Of a stretch of DNA of 64,000 nt, positions 1 through 9,640 are shown in pieces. The notes beneath the pieces were generated by a model that did no database searches, was not told the origin of the DNA, and saw only the letters and a list, made by a program, of their open reading frames with translations. Source of the stretch: a virus; the IMG/VR virus record IMGVR_UViG_3300031521_000011, positions 1 through 64,000 of that record; one strand, given 5' to 3'. The translations under genes were made by a program, and so were the position numbers. How positions within the stretch are numbered: the first letter of the stretch is position 1; each line of letters begins with the position of its first letter.

Positions 1-228
1 GTCCCATGCCTTGATGATTCGGAAGATGTCGATTACGACAGAGGGGCTAGGGTCGGGGCGATTGAAGATATCCCCACCGCATAGTATGGCGGAGACCTGA
101 TTGTTGTGGGCAATCTGCCCTACCTCCACCAATTTCTCTTTAATGGTGGTAAAGTAATCGTCCTTCCTGGACTTGGGACTGACCCCCGTTATATGGGGGT
201 CAGTCATGAACAAGAATCTAAGACTCAA
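1..228 (-). CDS. Metallophosphoesterase, SbcD/Mre11/gp47-like nuclease (N-terminal part; runs off the window)
   Basis: Manual translation from TTG at 228: MSLRFLFMTDPHITG...ILCGGDIFNRP, with calcineurin-like DxH and GDxF motifs; RBS overlaps the NAMPT-like stop. Confidence 0.75.
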   Translation of the reverse strand, partial: MSLRFLFMTDPHITGVSPKSRKDDYFTTIKEKLVEVGQIAHNNQVSAILCGGDIFNRPDPSPSVVIDIFRIIKAWD

Positions 229-234
229 TTGTGA

Positions 235-1761
235 TCATCCTTTCAAGTCTGGAAATACATAGGGTCGCTGGCTGGCTAGGCGAGCCCGAATATCTGCCAA
301 TGTGTCATCAACCATAAGCTTTCCATCCAGGAATATATCTCGCATAAGATCATCGCTCATGGCCAATTCCCTATCAGCGGCAGAGAGTTCGTCTTGGTAG
401 TAGATTTCATTGTGGAAATCATCCATCAGCACAGCCACCATGCCCTTCTGGGATTTCTTGAAGTGGCTCTTGTCGGTGATGGGGTTCTTAAACAACTTCA
501 TCTCCTCGCCGTTGCAAACAGAATAGGTTGTCTTCAGGGCAAAGCCAAAGGTATCCCTTGTGACATACTGATAGGTAAAGGAGCCAATGCCGTATACCAT
601 ATTGGTAGAGGCAAAACCCTTGGCCATCAGGCGCTGGCAGATCTCTCGGCAGCGATCAATTGTGATAGCGTCGCCATAGATGCAGCCAATGTGTGTATCG
701 AGTTGCTTGAATCCATTTTTGGTGATCGTTCCTCCGAACACCTCCCACAGCAGCTCAATGGCGCCTTTGCGTTCCCATTCAGTCTCTCCATCGGGATCGC
801 CGCACACGATCAACACCGGGTCACCGGAGTCAGGCCGGATAACGACGCGGCCGTTGCGAGCCATGATGTTGGGCTTCAATGCCGGAAGTACCTGCGTCAG
901 GATCTTCCAGAAGTCCCATGTGTCGCTGACGATGCTCACGAAACCAGTCGGCTCAACATCTTCAATGATATGCCTGTAGGATTCCACTTCATCCGTTTGA
1001 CCGTGGCCGGCAGCTTCCATGACGGAATGCTCCGTGGCCGGGATTGATGTACCAACGAGCTCTTTCTCAATGTTAGCATTATAGAAATCTTCCATAGCCA
1101 TGATGGCCGGGATGGTGTCTGTGCCAGTAAAGGAGAGAAGGTGGCCCATACCACTGAGCTTCGCCGCCTCCAGGCAGGACATGCCGCGCATTGAAAAGTC
1201 GTGCCCTTGGAACTGCACGAACGTCGGGTCTCCGCCGGATACATGTGCATAGAAATCCAAGATACGACGATACTGGTCCGCAATCGTGGCGCTGGTGGAC
1301 GCCTGCCAGATCTCACATGACATCAATGTTTCCAGGCTGTTGGTGAGCCAGAAGAAATCCTTGTGAGTATTCTCGATGGTAAGCTGCGGGCACCTGATGG
1401 GCGTAAGGGTACCTTCCGGCACGGCACGGATGCGGATTGGCAGATAGTTGAGGTTCTTCAGCGCAACTATATGGGATGCATCAGGATTCTCCACGCCGAG
1501 AGTGTACTTGATGATGCGCTTGTATTCGGATATAACCTCATCCATCGTGCGCTCGAAGAAGAACTTGTTGAAGTACCAGATCAGATACTCCTTAACGAAT
1601 GCTTGATAGCCGAATGCGACTACCCTATCAACGCCGTCGATGCGGGACATTCGGGGCGTCCATGTGGAGTAGATGACTTCAGTACCCACAGGATACTGCT
1701 TGCGGTGCGACACCTTATAAAAGTCGCAAAGCAATGTTGCTGGATAGATGTAGTTCCCCAT
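235..1761 (-). CDS. Nicotinamide phosphoribosyltransferase-like protein (Namat-like, NARP1)
   Basis: DFYKVSH, HDFSMRG, ATEHSV, SDTWD, IRPDSGDP, IYGDAIT and KKSQKG motifs of the NAMPT family; 508 aa. Confidence 0.92.
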   Translation of the reverse strand: MGNYIYPATLLCDFYKVSHRKQYPVGTEVIYSTWTPRMSRIDGVDRVVAFGYQAFVKEYLIWYFNKFFFERTMDEVISEYKRIIKYTLGVENPDASHIVALKNLNYLPIRIRAVPEGTLTPIRCPQLTIENTHKDFFWLTNSLETLMSCEIWQASTSATIADQYRRILDFYAHVSGGDPTFVQFQGHDFSMRGMSCLEAAKLSGMGHLLSFTGTDTIPAIMAMEDFYNANIEKELVGTSIPATEHSVMEAAGHGQTDEVESYRHIIEDVEPTGFVSIVSDTWDFWKILTQVLPALKPNIMARNGRVVIRPDSGDPVLIVCGDPDGETEWERKGAIELLWEVFGGTITKNGFKQLDTHIGCIYGDAITIDRCREICQRLMAKGFASTNMVYGIGSFTYQYVTRDTFGFALKTTYSVCNGEEMKLFKNPITDKSHFKKSQKGMVAVLMDDFHNEIYYQDELSAADRELAMSDDLMRDIFLDGKLMVDDTLADIRARLASQRPYVFPDLKG

Positions 1762-1775
1762 TTGTTATTCTCCTC

Positions 1776-2621
1776 CTATTTATTTATTGTATCGTTAAGT
1801 AGATCCAGCACCGTAAATTTGCTGTTGTAGTGGGTAAGTATGCTGTTGGTTGTGAACACCCTTTCGATGAGTGTGCTGTCCGGAATCTCCCCTTCGTTGA
1901 CCGTGTCCTCGCAATGGCCAACGAGAAGATATATTGCCCCGGCATTTCTAGCCTTCAATGCTTTGGCACCCATCATGAATGTTCCGCCTCTGGAGCATAG
2001 GTCATCAATCATCAATACTTTAGCCCCCGCCAAGCCCTGGCCGAGGCTGGGCTCACCTATACCAATGATCTGGAGGTCCTTGATTACCCCTGTGTCAAAG
2101 TCTCTGTCCTTGTGCCCCACTAATACCTTACGGAATTTGAACATCTTGCCATACCGCTTGGCTGCACCGGCATCCGGGAAATAAGCATAGTCATTTCCTA
2201 TATCGAACTTAGACAAGTGAAGCGCCTGCTGGAGCAACTCCTGTGTAAAATATCTGGGTGCGCTTCTATCCACAAGGGCCATGACAACATCTGAGTGCGG
2301 CTCGCCGATCTCAACAATATTGAATTCAAGAGAGTTGATAAACTCAGCCACATACTTCAGTGTAAATACGGAATTGTTTTCCACCCGATCCATGCGCTCA
2401 TAAGGCATGTAGTACATCTTGAGATTACAACTGCCGCCGTAGGATTGGATGTGCCTGACCACAAACATTAGTTTTATAAGGTCTGCATCACTTTGATACC
2501 AGAACTGAATGTTGCTTACGGCGCCCTTAAATATATGTGAGTTAATAAGGACTGGCTTGATGTTTGTCTCACCGTTGGGAAATTGTTCAAATGAAAGGCG
2601 GTTTCCGTTTAGGAAAATCAT
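1776..2621 (-). CDS. Ribose-phosphate pyrophosphokinase-like protein (Adps-like, NARP1)
   Basis: FPNGE, YMPYERMDR, EPHS, FPDAGAAKRY and IDDLCSRGGTF PRPP-binding loop; directly upstream of the NAMPT-like gene. Confidence 0.88.
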   Translation of the reverse strand: MIFLNGNRLSFEQFPNGETNIKPVLINSHIFKGAVSNIQFWYQSDADLIKLMFVVRHIQSYGGSCNLKMYYMPYERMDRVENNSVFTLKYVAEFINSLEFNIVEIGEPHSDVVMALVDRSAPRYFTQELLQQALHLSKFDIGNDYAYFPDAGAAKRYGKMFKFRKVLVGHKDRDFDTGVIKDLQIIGIGEPSLGQGLAGAKVLMIDDLCSRGGTFMMGAKALKARNAGAIYLLVGHCEDTVNEGEIPDSTLIERVFTTNSILTHYNSKFTVLDLLNDTINK

Positions 2622-3067
2622 TCTCTTTCTCCTCCTGTTTCTTCCAAATCGTCCTCTGGCTCATCGTCCTCATCGAGGGTTGCTTCCTCCCCCTCGGCGG
2701 CTGGCTTCTTTACCTTTTTCTCCTTATTGATGCGGTCCGTCCTTAGCGCAGATATGTAACTCCGGCCGACACGCCGGATGACAAGCGCTTCATAGATATT
2801 GCCATCTTCATCGCAAAGGAGGTACTGCGTGGAATCCCTGGCCTTCTCCGGCACCATGTCTTTGTGGGGAGATAAGCCAAGAAATGAGAGCTTGGTTGAC
2901 TTTGTGTACTTCTTATCCTTGTCTGTGCAGGTATACTTGTAGTCGATTTTGTCGAAGAGGGCTGAGGATCTGCTCAACTCAATAGAGAGGTTCTTGTTAA
3001 AAAACCTCTCTTTGGATGGAACTGACATGATGATACCTCGCTTTATATAGAAATGTCGACAAGCCAT
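2618..3067 (-). CDS. Hypothetical protein with acidic C-terminal tail
   Basis: ORF coupled to neighbours; D/E-rich tail; true start probably the internal MMSVPS. Confidence 0.55.
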   Translation of the reverse strand: MACRHFYIKRGIIMSVPSKERFFNKNLSIELSRSSALFDKIDYKYTCTDKDKKYTKSTKLSFLGLSPHKDMVPEKARDSTQYLLCDEDGNIYEALVIRRVGRSYISALRTDRINKEKKVKKPAAEGEEATLDEDDEPEDDLEETGGERE

Positions 3068-3612
3068 GCTGTGATTTTGCGTTTAAATTCGGCAATACAT
3101 ATGCCGGTATTGTCGATCATGGAATCACATAGTCCGTTATCCATGATATACTGTGCGCTGATTTCCGTTTCGTGTTTGAATGCTGTTTCTTGGTTAAACC
3201 CGTCGCGGCCCCTCAGGCGCAGCGCTCTGACGAATGGGTCTGCCTGTACGCCTACGACATGAAAACCGCGCTTCTTCCAGAACTCGACCTCGTTAACCTG
3301 GCGGCCGTCGGCAATGACGAATGGATAGGGTGCGGAAGAGAAGGCGCCCGCCAGCATGCTCATTGAGTTCAATGTTGCCACATTCCAAACATCGGGCCCA
3401 TAATTTTTCCGTGCCCACTGGCCATATTCCTGGTATAGCTGCCTTTTCCTGTCCGGTGTTTCGTCGTAGTACAGCAAGTCTACGTGCTCCCTGATCCACC
3501 TCCCCAATTTAAGGGTGCGATAATCAGCCAGCTCATGGAGTGTGTCAGCCACAGTGTCTTTTCCACTGCCCATACATCCAATTATGAGAATGTTTGGAAA
3601 TTTCTTTGCCAT
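3043..3612 (-). CDS. P-loop nucleoside monophosphate kinase (dNMP / dephospho-CoA kinase-like)
   Basis: GCMGSGKDT Walker A, IADGRQVNE, HETE; GGAG RBS. Confidence 0.8.
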   Translation of the reverse strand: MAKKFPNILIIGCMGSGKDTVADTLHELADYRTLKLGRWIREHVDLLYYDETPDRKRQLYQEYGQWARKNYGPDVWNVATLNSMSMLAGAFSSAPYPFVIADGRQVNEVEFWKKRGFHVVGVQADPFVRALRLRGRDGFNQETAFKHETEISAQYIMDNGLCDSMIDNTGICIAEFKRKITAWLVDISI

Positions 3613-3672
3613 AAAAACTCCTCCTTCAGCTACAAGTATTTTATCCCTTGTAGCTGAAGCAATTTCCAGTTT

Positions 3673-4605
3673 TTACCTTTCAGGTAAAGTGATTTGGGAC
3701 ATCTGTACACCCTTCTTTGCCAGAAGTTTTATGGTGTTCTGGTCGGGGCGGTACTCATTATAGTAATATATTCGCTTAATGCCCGCCTGCAGTAAAGTCT
3801 TTACGCAGATGTAGCATGGGCAGTGAGTGACGTAGATCTCGGCGCCGTCACAGGAATGGCCAAGCCTTGCGCTTTGGATCAATGCATTGGCTTCAGCATG
3901 CACTGTACGGATACAATGTCCATCAACCATCAGGTGCCCCACATCATCACAGTGATCATCACCAGAGACACTGCCGTTGTAACCGGTGGCTATGAGCATA
4001 TGGTTCTTGGCAATGACGCAACCGACACGAGCCCTGTCGCAGGTGGCCCGGGTGGCCGCCTCCAGCGCCAGGCGCATGAAATACACCTCCCACGACTCAC
4101 GGCGGAAAGGATTTTCACATTTAGTCGGAGGATTATTGAGTGTTGCCAAGGCTTTATCCTTGTATTCACTGGAAATTTTACCTTGCTCAACAAGTCTTAT
4201 CATGCGGCTTTGAGGAATCTTACCAAACTCGATACTGAATTCAGTGAATCTTTTTAGCATCCAAAAAAGCCGCTGCATTTCATCTCGTTCATCAATTGTA
4301 AAGGTGTACTCTGCAGGATTTGTGAGCCGATTTACAACATACTCATCATCAATTACAACAATAAGCTCCTTGTATTCGTGAAGAAGTACCCTTTCCGCCT
4401 CAAGAAATATTGCGCGAGCGTACCAAAACAGCTTCGTCGGCTTGGCCTCATTGACATTGACACGAATAAGACCATCTTCTCCGAAGCTTATCTGAGCTAT
4501 GGAGTTTTTGATGATTGGGTATGTGACAGGTTTTCCCTGAAGCTCATTCAGGAGTCCACTCGAAATGCTTTCAACTCCGGCGTAGTAAACAGTTGATGTT
4601 TTCAT
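3673..4605 (-). CDS. dCMP deaminase fused to an N-terminal degenerate RNase H-like domain
   Basis: C-terminal ATGYNG, HAEANA and PCYIC zinc-deaminase motifs; about 165-aa N-terminal extension (LIVVIDDEYVVNRL). Confidence 0.85.
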   Translation of the reverse strand: MKTSTVYYAGVESISSGLLNELQGKPVTYPIIKNSIAQISFGEDGLIRVNVNEAKPTKLFWYARAIFLEAERVLLHEYKELIVVIDDEYVVNRLTNPAEYTFTIDERDEMQRLFWMLKRFTEFSIEFGKIPQSRMIRLVEQGKISSEYKDKALATLNNPPTKCENPFRRESWEVYFMRLALEAATRATCDRARVGCVIAKNHMLIATGYNGSVSGDDHCDDVGHLMVDGHCIRTVHAEANALIQSARLGHSCDGAEIYVTHCPCYICVKTLLQAGIKRIYYYNEYRPDQNTIKLLAKKGVQMSQITLPER

Positions 4606-5183
4606 TATTCCTCCTCTTGGAATATGTTTGTGAAGAAGCGCTGCACGTCGTTATGGTTAAAGAGATGAATACCCACATACCCCATATTATGAGTATAGTC
4701 ACCGAAGCAAATTTTTGTGCCTTTGAACTGGCTCATGCTGACTGGGCTGTCGTCCATCAGGAATGCCCGCGTCTCTGGCGGCTCTGCCAATACGGACTTG
4801 TTTGGAGAAATGAATGTCTGCCCCATAGTCGTCAGCATGATAACATTCTCAACGAATGGAGCATATTTCTCAAGCCACCAATATTTCCCCGGGGCGGCGC
4901 TGGCGAATGCCTGTGTGGCAATTATCAGCCTGGCGTTCTCATGAATCATCCTCATGGTATCAATGGCGCCGGGCAGCGGATAGAGATACTTGAAGAACTG
5001 AGGAGTGCGATACACGTTGGTAACCCATTCTTCGGAGCATTTGGTGAAGTTTGGATGACCCCATCCGCCGGCGGAGGTAAGGTTCTCGTGGAATTCTTCA
5101 TTGTATCTGTTGACGATGCCGGCATCCGTATCGACGGTGGTCAGGTCCATGTCCATGTAGACAATAATGTCATCCCTACGCAT
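4605..5183 (-). CDS. HAD-family 5'(3')-deoxyribonucleotidase
   Basis: DMDLT motif I, FFKYLYPLPGA, KYWWL, LMDD motif IV. Confidence 0.78.
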   Translation of the reverse strand: MRRDDIIVYMDMDLTTVDTDAGIVNRYNEEFHENLTSAGGWGHPNFTKCSEEWVTNVYRTPQFFKYLYPLPGAIDTMRMIHENARLIIATQAFASAAPGKYWWLEKYAPFVENVIMLTTMGQTFISPNKSVLAEPPETRAFLMDDSPVSMSQFKGTKICFGDYTHNMGYVGIHLFNHNDVQRFFTNIFQEEE

Positions 5184-5536
5184 TAATTTAGCCTCTTCTT
5201 TCTGTCCGCGATGTTCACAATGGATAGTGGTGGATTTGCTGACGCCTCTGGCGACTCTTTCTGTTTCTTCCTTTCCGAAAGAAGAGGAAGGATCTGCTGC
5301 CGCAGTTCAGGTGGAATCATTTCCTCCTTCAGCTCAGGTATAACTTGGGCGACTATGGCTTCGGAACATTTTTCCCCATCAAAAATCGCCTTGCATACCT
5401 CATAGATGTGCGTTGAGTCAAAGTGAAGGACACTAAAATCCACCATGTCATTGACCATGGCCAGCAATGAGTTGCCGAGCAGGTTGCAAAATTCTTGAAT
5501 CCTGGGATCGTCCTGAGTGATGTTTTTATTATCCAT
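5183..5536 (-). CDS. Hypothetical protein
   Basis: AAGGAGGG RBS before MDNKN; stop overlaps the next start. Confidence 0.6.
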   Translation of the reverse strand: MDNKNITQDDPRIQEFCNLLGNSLLAMVNDMVDFSVLHFDSTHIYEVCKAIFDGEKCSEAIVAQVIPELKEEMIPPELRQQILPLLSERKKQKESPEASANPPLSIVNIADRKKRLN

Positions 5537-5546
5537 GTTACCCTCC

Positions 5547-5777
5547 TTATATATTCCTGAAAGTAGTCTCAATAATCGGGCACCACTCTGGCGGCTCGAT
5601 ATCTTGAAAGTAAGGGTTGAGTGAAGCAAAATATTCCTCGTCACGGCTGATTTCTTTTCCATTCCAGTTACACCGAAGAACACCTTCATCAGTATACTCA
5701 TCTGATTTGACAAGCAGTCCGAGAGGGCATTGAAGGCACTTTTGTGGGCGCTTATCAAACTTGAGGATGAACGCCAT
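5547..5777 (-). CDS. Small Cys-containing hypothetical protein (DKRPQxCxxC family)
   Basis: GGAGG RBS before MAFILK; similar motif in 30461..30685. Confidence 0.55.
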   Translation of the reverse strand: MAFILKFDKRPQKCLQCPLGLLVKSDEYTDEGVLRCNWNGKEISRDEEYFASLNPYFQDIEPPEWCPIIETTFRNI

Positions 5778-6114
5778 CTGGAGCCTCCAATAAATGCTTG
5801 ATTTGGGTAAAAATCTCAGGTACCAGGCAAACAGTAATATTGATAGGCTGAATGCTTGGATCATCGAAGAAACCATGCAAACCCATCCTATCCAGGCCAT
5901 AATCCTTGTGCCATGAAATAAAGCAGCCAGTATTGTGCACTTGCTGTAGGACGGCCGCCATATCATTTAATGGAGAATAGTCATTACTCTTTCCTCCGCA
6001 CTTGAAGTGAAGGGTTCCTTTATCAATAGCTTCCTTAATTTGAGCAGCAAGTATTATTCCTTTTTCCATGCCATATCTGAAGTCTTTTGGGATAGCGAGA
6101 TCGTACCTTTCCAT
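5755..6114 (-). CDS. Hypothetical protein
   Basis: GAGGT RBS; fits the operon. Confidence 0.6.
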   Translation of the reverse strand: MERYDLAIPKDFRYGMEKGIILAAQIKEAIDKGTLHFKCGGKSNDYSPLNDMAAVLQQVHNTGCFISWHKDYGLDRMGLHGFFDDPSIQPINITVCLVPEIFTQIKHLLEAPDGVHPQV

Positions 6115-6141
6115 ATGAACACCTCACAATATCAGAATAGT

Positions 6142-6390
6142 CTAATTATAGCATACACCGAGACAAAAAGAAGGCAAGTGTGCACGATTCCTAAAGTTCT
6201 GTACTCCATCCTCAAGCGTGCGTGCCCAACTGCCACGCTCAACTTGAGCATTCCCGTCTTTCACGTAGTAGTCCCATACAATAAACGGCCTGCATGTGTT
6301 GTGCGGATACAAACAAAGGACGGTGTCCCCTTCCTTAGCAAGTACATAAGCTGGCTCGCCATTCACTATGATGATTTCAATTGGACTCAT
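6142..6390 (-). CDS. Hypothetical protein
   Basis: GGAGGGG RBS; preceded by a conserved-motif copy at 6430-6444. Confidence 0.6.
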   Translation of the reverse strand: MSPIEIIIVNGEPAYVLAKEGDTVLCLYPHNTCRPFIVWDYYVKDGNAQVERGSWARTLEDGVQNFRNRAHLPSFCLGVCYN

Positions 6391-6692
6391 ATTCCCCTCC
6401 TAAAATATTAGCCGGGCAATGCCCGGCTCTTTTGTTACTTATACCCATAGGTTATCTCAGGGTTGACATATGAGATATATCCACACACCTACAACCACTA
6501 GGATTGCCAATAACCAGACCAAAATACCCATATTGAACTTCTTGTGTGGAAGAAAATCTCGCACCACCCTGTAGGGAATGGTTTTGTGAAGTCTTCTCCT
6601 GTATCCCACCATGCTCGCCGGCAGGATGCCATGGCCAGTGATCATAAAGCCCTTACGTCCAGCACGGATTCTGATGATAGCCTTTGCCCTCA

Positions 6693-7076
6693 TTAAATAC
6701 TTTTCCTTTCCCATCCATATCTTTCTTCCCATTTATGCCCGCAGAGGCACTCAACTTCCCAGAAGAATGAATCCTTTGGAAGTGCGGCTATTGTATCGTG
6801 CCCTTTGCATCTTGGGCATGGAAACTTGGGCAAAAAAGGAGACCGCAGCGCGGCCCCCTTTTCAAATTCTATAATGTCAGGATATTTGTCGAGTATATTC
6901 TCCTCGCATGGGAGGCATACATAAAGATGGCGGTCATATACCTCACCACAATCGCCGGTTGCGGGTACTGATCCTGTGAGGGCCACCAAGCCCACGGGGA
7001 TGTTTCTCTCGCACAGGTAACACCAATGGCTGATTCTTTGCTTCACGTGCCTTCTGTCGAAGATCATCCTTTTCAT
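6693..7076 (-). CDS. Cys-rich (Zn-finger) hypothetical protein
   Basis: CYLC, CLPC, CPRC and CLC pairs; overlaps neighbours. Confidence 0.55.
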   Translation of the reverse strand: MKRMIFDRRHVKQRISHWCYLCERNIPVGLVALTGSVPATGDCGEVYDRHLYVCLPCEENILDKYPDIIEFEKGAALRSPFLPKFPCPRCKGHDTIAALPKDSFFWEVECLCGHKWEERYGWERKSI

Positions 7077-7551
7077 GCCTCCTATACATTTGTACGCAGG
7101 ACTTTACCTGCGTCACGAACTGCTGACCTGAGTGACGCCAACCCTTATTGCGAACACCATTCTCGATAAGAGCGTCCATGGCGCTGTCGAGTATTTTTTG
7201 TGCGGCATCCTCCGCCTCATCCATCGACACAATGATATAGGATGCTGTGTCGATAAAGCTACCAGTTTCGCTGTTAATGACAGAGTGGAGTACGATTTTC
7301 CCACCCGGCAGCATGCCATAGTCGAAGACGAAGAAATAATCCGAATCACCAACCCCGAACTGCAATATCCCATATGGGTTGGTGAGAGTCATACCCATGG
7401 TGGCATCTCCTTCGCCTTTTGCCGGCCGCATGTCGTTATTGATGATGCACGTTGGGTCTAGCGCATGGTTGAATTCGTCGAAGGGTATGCCGTCTTTCCA
7501 TTTGGCAATCTTGGCCATCGGGTAATTATTGCTCATTGTTATACCCTCCAT
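6943..7551 (-). CDS. Hypothetical protein
   Basis: Long ORF; GGAGGG RBS before MSNNY. Confidence 0.55.
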   Translation of the reverse strand: MEGITMSNNYPMAKIAKWKDGIPFDEFNHALDPTCIINNDMRPAKGEGDATMGMTLTNPYGILQFGVGDSDYFFVFDYGMLPGGKIVLHSVINSETGSFIDTASYIIVSMDEAEDAAQKILDSAMDALIENGVRNKGWRHSGQQFVTQVKSCVQMYRRHEKDDLRQKAREAKNQPLVLPVREKHPRGLGGPHRISTRNRRLW

Positions 7552-7921
7552 AAGCTCCCATTAGCAGAGAGAAGAAGTTGATATTGTCAGGAATATCCCT
7601 CATTACGATTACCAACGCCTCCGCCTTCTCGAACAAACCCCTGGTAGCCAAGAGGTCCTTTTGTGCATGCCCAATAACCTCATTGATTTCCTGCTGCTCG
7701 GCAGGTTTTGTATACTTTTCCAGTAGTCCTGTGAGATACTTTATATCCGATTCCTTGTCGAATATGTTTCTCTCGCAGTCCCTACTATAGCTTTCCGCTA
7801 TAACTCTCATGTTACTAAACATGCCCTTGAACTTGTCGGGCTGTTCTGAGAACATGAATGCACTGGAGTGATACTGAGACATCACACCAGTGAATACCTG
7901 TGGATTGTAATTCTGTGGCAT
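7526..7921 (-). CDS. Hypothetical protein
   Basis: GGAGGGG RBS; conserved motif at 7939-7953. Confidence 0.65.
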   Translation of the reverse strand: MPQNYNPQVFTGVMSQYHSSAFMFSEQPDKFKGMFSNMRVIAESYSRDCERNIFDKESDIKYLTGLLEKYTKPAEQQEINEVIGHAQKDLLATRGLFEKAEALVIVMRDIPDNINFFSLLMGAYGGYNNEQ

Positions 7922-7992
7922 TTGATCCCCTCCCTAAATTTTATTTCTTATACAAAAGGCTTTGCCCGGGTACCTACACCCGGGCAAAGTTG

Positions 7993-8487
7993 TCAGCCAT
8001 TATCACACCCATAGGTGTTGATATATCCAATGGCTTCCATAAGCCACCCTTCATCGCGACTGCTGTCCAGATATGGCCTAATAATATCAGCGATCAAGAT
8101 CCTCATCTGATCCTCATTAATGTCCCGGTGTGTCTCATCCCACTCGTGCTGTTGCCAAGGCAAGCCGGCTGCATACATCAGAAACATGCCATTATCAGCA
8201 CTATCCGTACAGGCACACTCCAGTGGGATACGGCCTTCTTCGCGCCCCTTATCACTAAGCACTTCAATGAACTCTTGTAAGTCCACATCAACATCAATAC
8301 ATGCGGCCTGCCATGTATCAGAAACTGTTATGCCAGTGTCTTCTTCGATCTTGGCATAATTCGGGATATAGACCAATCCGTCCCGGCAAAGCGCCACAGC
8401 CTTCGTAATGTCGATGATTGGTTTGTCGAAAATTTGGTTTTCCAACTGGATCCCGAAGCCTTGGACAGCCCAATGTCTAGTTCCCAT
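7993..8487 (-). CDS. Hypothetical protein, tandem paralogue of 8500..8943
   Basis: Shared W-x-x-x-G-x-GI N-terminus and I-x-[YF]-INTYGC C-terminus; RBS. Confidence 0.75.
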   Translation of the reverse strand: MGTRHWAVQGFGIQLENQIFDKPIIDITKAVALCRDGLVYIPNYAKIEEDTGITVSDTWQAACIDVDVDLQEFIEVLSDKGREEGRIPLECACTDSADNGMFLMYAAGLPWQQHEWDETHRDINEDQMRILIADIIRPYLDSSRDEGWLMEAIGYINTYGCDNG

Positions 8488-8499
8488 TGTTTCTCCTCC

Positions 8500-8943
8500 T
8501 CAACCGCACCCGTAGGTGTTAATGAAATCTATTTCATCCTCTAGCCATTCCCTAGTACGCCCTTCAGCAAGATAGGGCTCCAGAAGATCAGCTAAAACCT
8601 GACGTACAGAATTCTCCGTGAGTACCAAGTCCTTAAGTTTAAATTCCCACGGATATGCCGGCCAGTAAAGCATGAATTCGCCATTACATGCATTGCCTGT
8701 AGTGGACCAATCGAAATTATATCCCTCAGGCGCCTTGTCGCTTAGGAAAGCAATTATATCCGCCCACTCAGGGGCTTTGATATCAACCCCGGGAAATTCA
8801 CTGGCGATCTTCGCCAGATCTATCACCGGGCCGCCGGGTATGTCTACGTGATATACCCCTTCGCTACTTCTGCGCATCTCGCGTGTTGGCCTGGGTTCCA
8901 TATTGATACCCAAACCCATTATTGGCCAATAATCTGTACTCAT
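8500..8943 (-). CDS. Hypothetical protein, tandem paralogue of 7993..8487
   Basis: Same shared termini; RBS AAGGAGG; conserved motif at 8959-8973. Confidence 0.75.
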   Translation of the reverse strand: MSTDYWPIMGLGINMEPRPTREMRRSSEGVYHVDIPGGPVIDLAKIASEFPGVDIKAPEWADIIAFLSDKAPEGYNFDWSTTGNACNGEFMLYWPAYPWEFKLKDLVLTENSVRQVLADLLEPYLAEGRTREWLEDEIDFINTYGCG

Positions 8944-8984
8944 CTTATCCTCCTTGAGTTTTATTACTTATACCAAATTTATGG

Positions 8985-9272
8985 CAAAAAAAGGGAGGTA
9001 GGCAGGACAAGCTCAGGGGCACTGCGCCCGTGGCCTATCCTGTCCCGCCTCCAATTGGCCGGATGGGTAAGTGTAGCCCGATCATAACGGACACCGCCAC
9101 CCAGACTTCTTACGCCAGCAAAGCCCCGGGGAGTGCCGCGACCCGCTATTGCGGATGGGACTCTCCGTAGGCGGCTGGCAAATAATAATAGCACCGGAAC
9201 CCACCTCAACCTCCGGCACTAACGACAGGTATGGATGCACAGAGATTCTTAACTCCCGAGTGACGCCAATCC
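8985..9272 (-). ncRNA. Candidate structured non-coding RNA (four GC-rich hairpins ending in a U-tract)
   Basis: Minus-strand stems AGTGCCGGA/TCCGGTGCT, GCCAGC/GCTGGC, GGGTGG..GTGT/ACAC..TTACCC and GGAGG..CAGGATAGGC/GCTTGTCCTG..CCTCC followed by T7. Confidence 0.45.
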
Positions 9273-9640
9273 CCTTAAATGCGCCACATGCACCCTACAT
9301 ATACTGACTCCATACAAACATCCACCTCAGAGTTGGGTAACAATAAGATTGGTCTTTCGCATATGGTTTTGAGCACGCATACGCAATGCTCATCTTCGTT
9401 CAAGCAACAGGGACGCTGCAAATGCTCGAGCGCAGCCTTCAGAGATTTTACCTTACCCACCTTCTACCGCCGTTTCTTTGTCATACATATCTTAGAGGGA
9501 GGCCGGATATGCGAGCGCTCACAATACCACTCCGCTCCAGATTGTTTGGTCCTCGACTGCACTACCACCCGGATATCACAGGTGTCATACAATTACATAA
9601 GAAACTTTTTCGACTCCACGGCTCAGCGCAATAAATACTG

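Noticed and set aside
394-1047. 217-aa plus-strand ORF
   Set aside because: Antisense to the NAMPT-like gene
8979-9209. 76-aa minus-strand ORF over the structured region
   Set aside because: TTG start with poor RBS spacing, atypical Arg/Gly-rich composition, and it runs through the terminator; RNA structure explains the region better, though the ORF is not excluded
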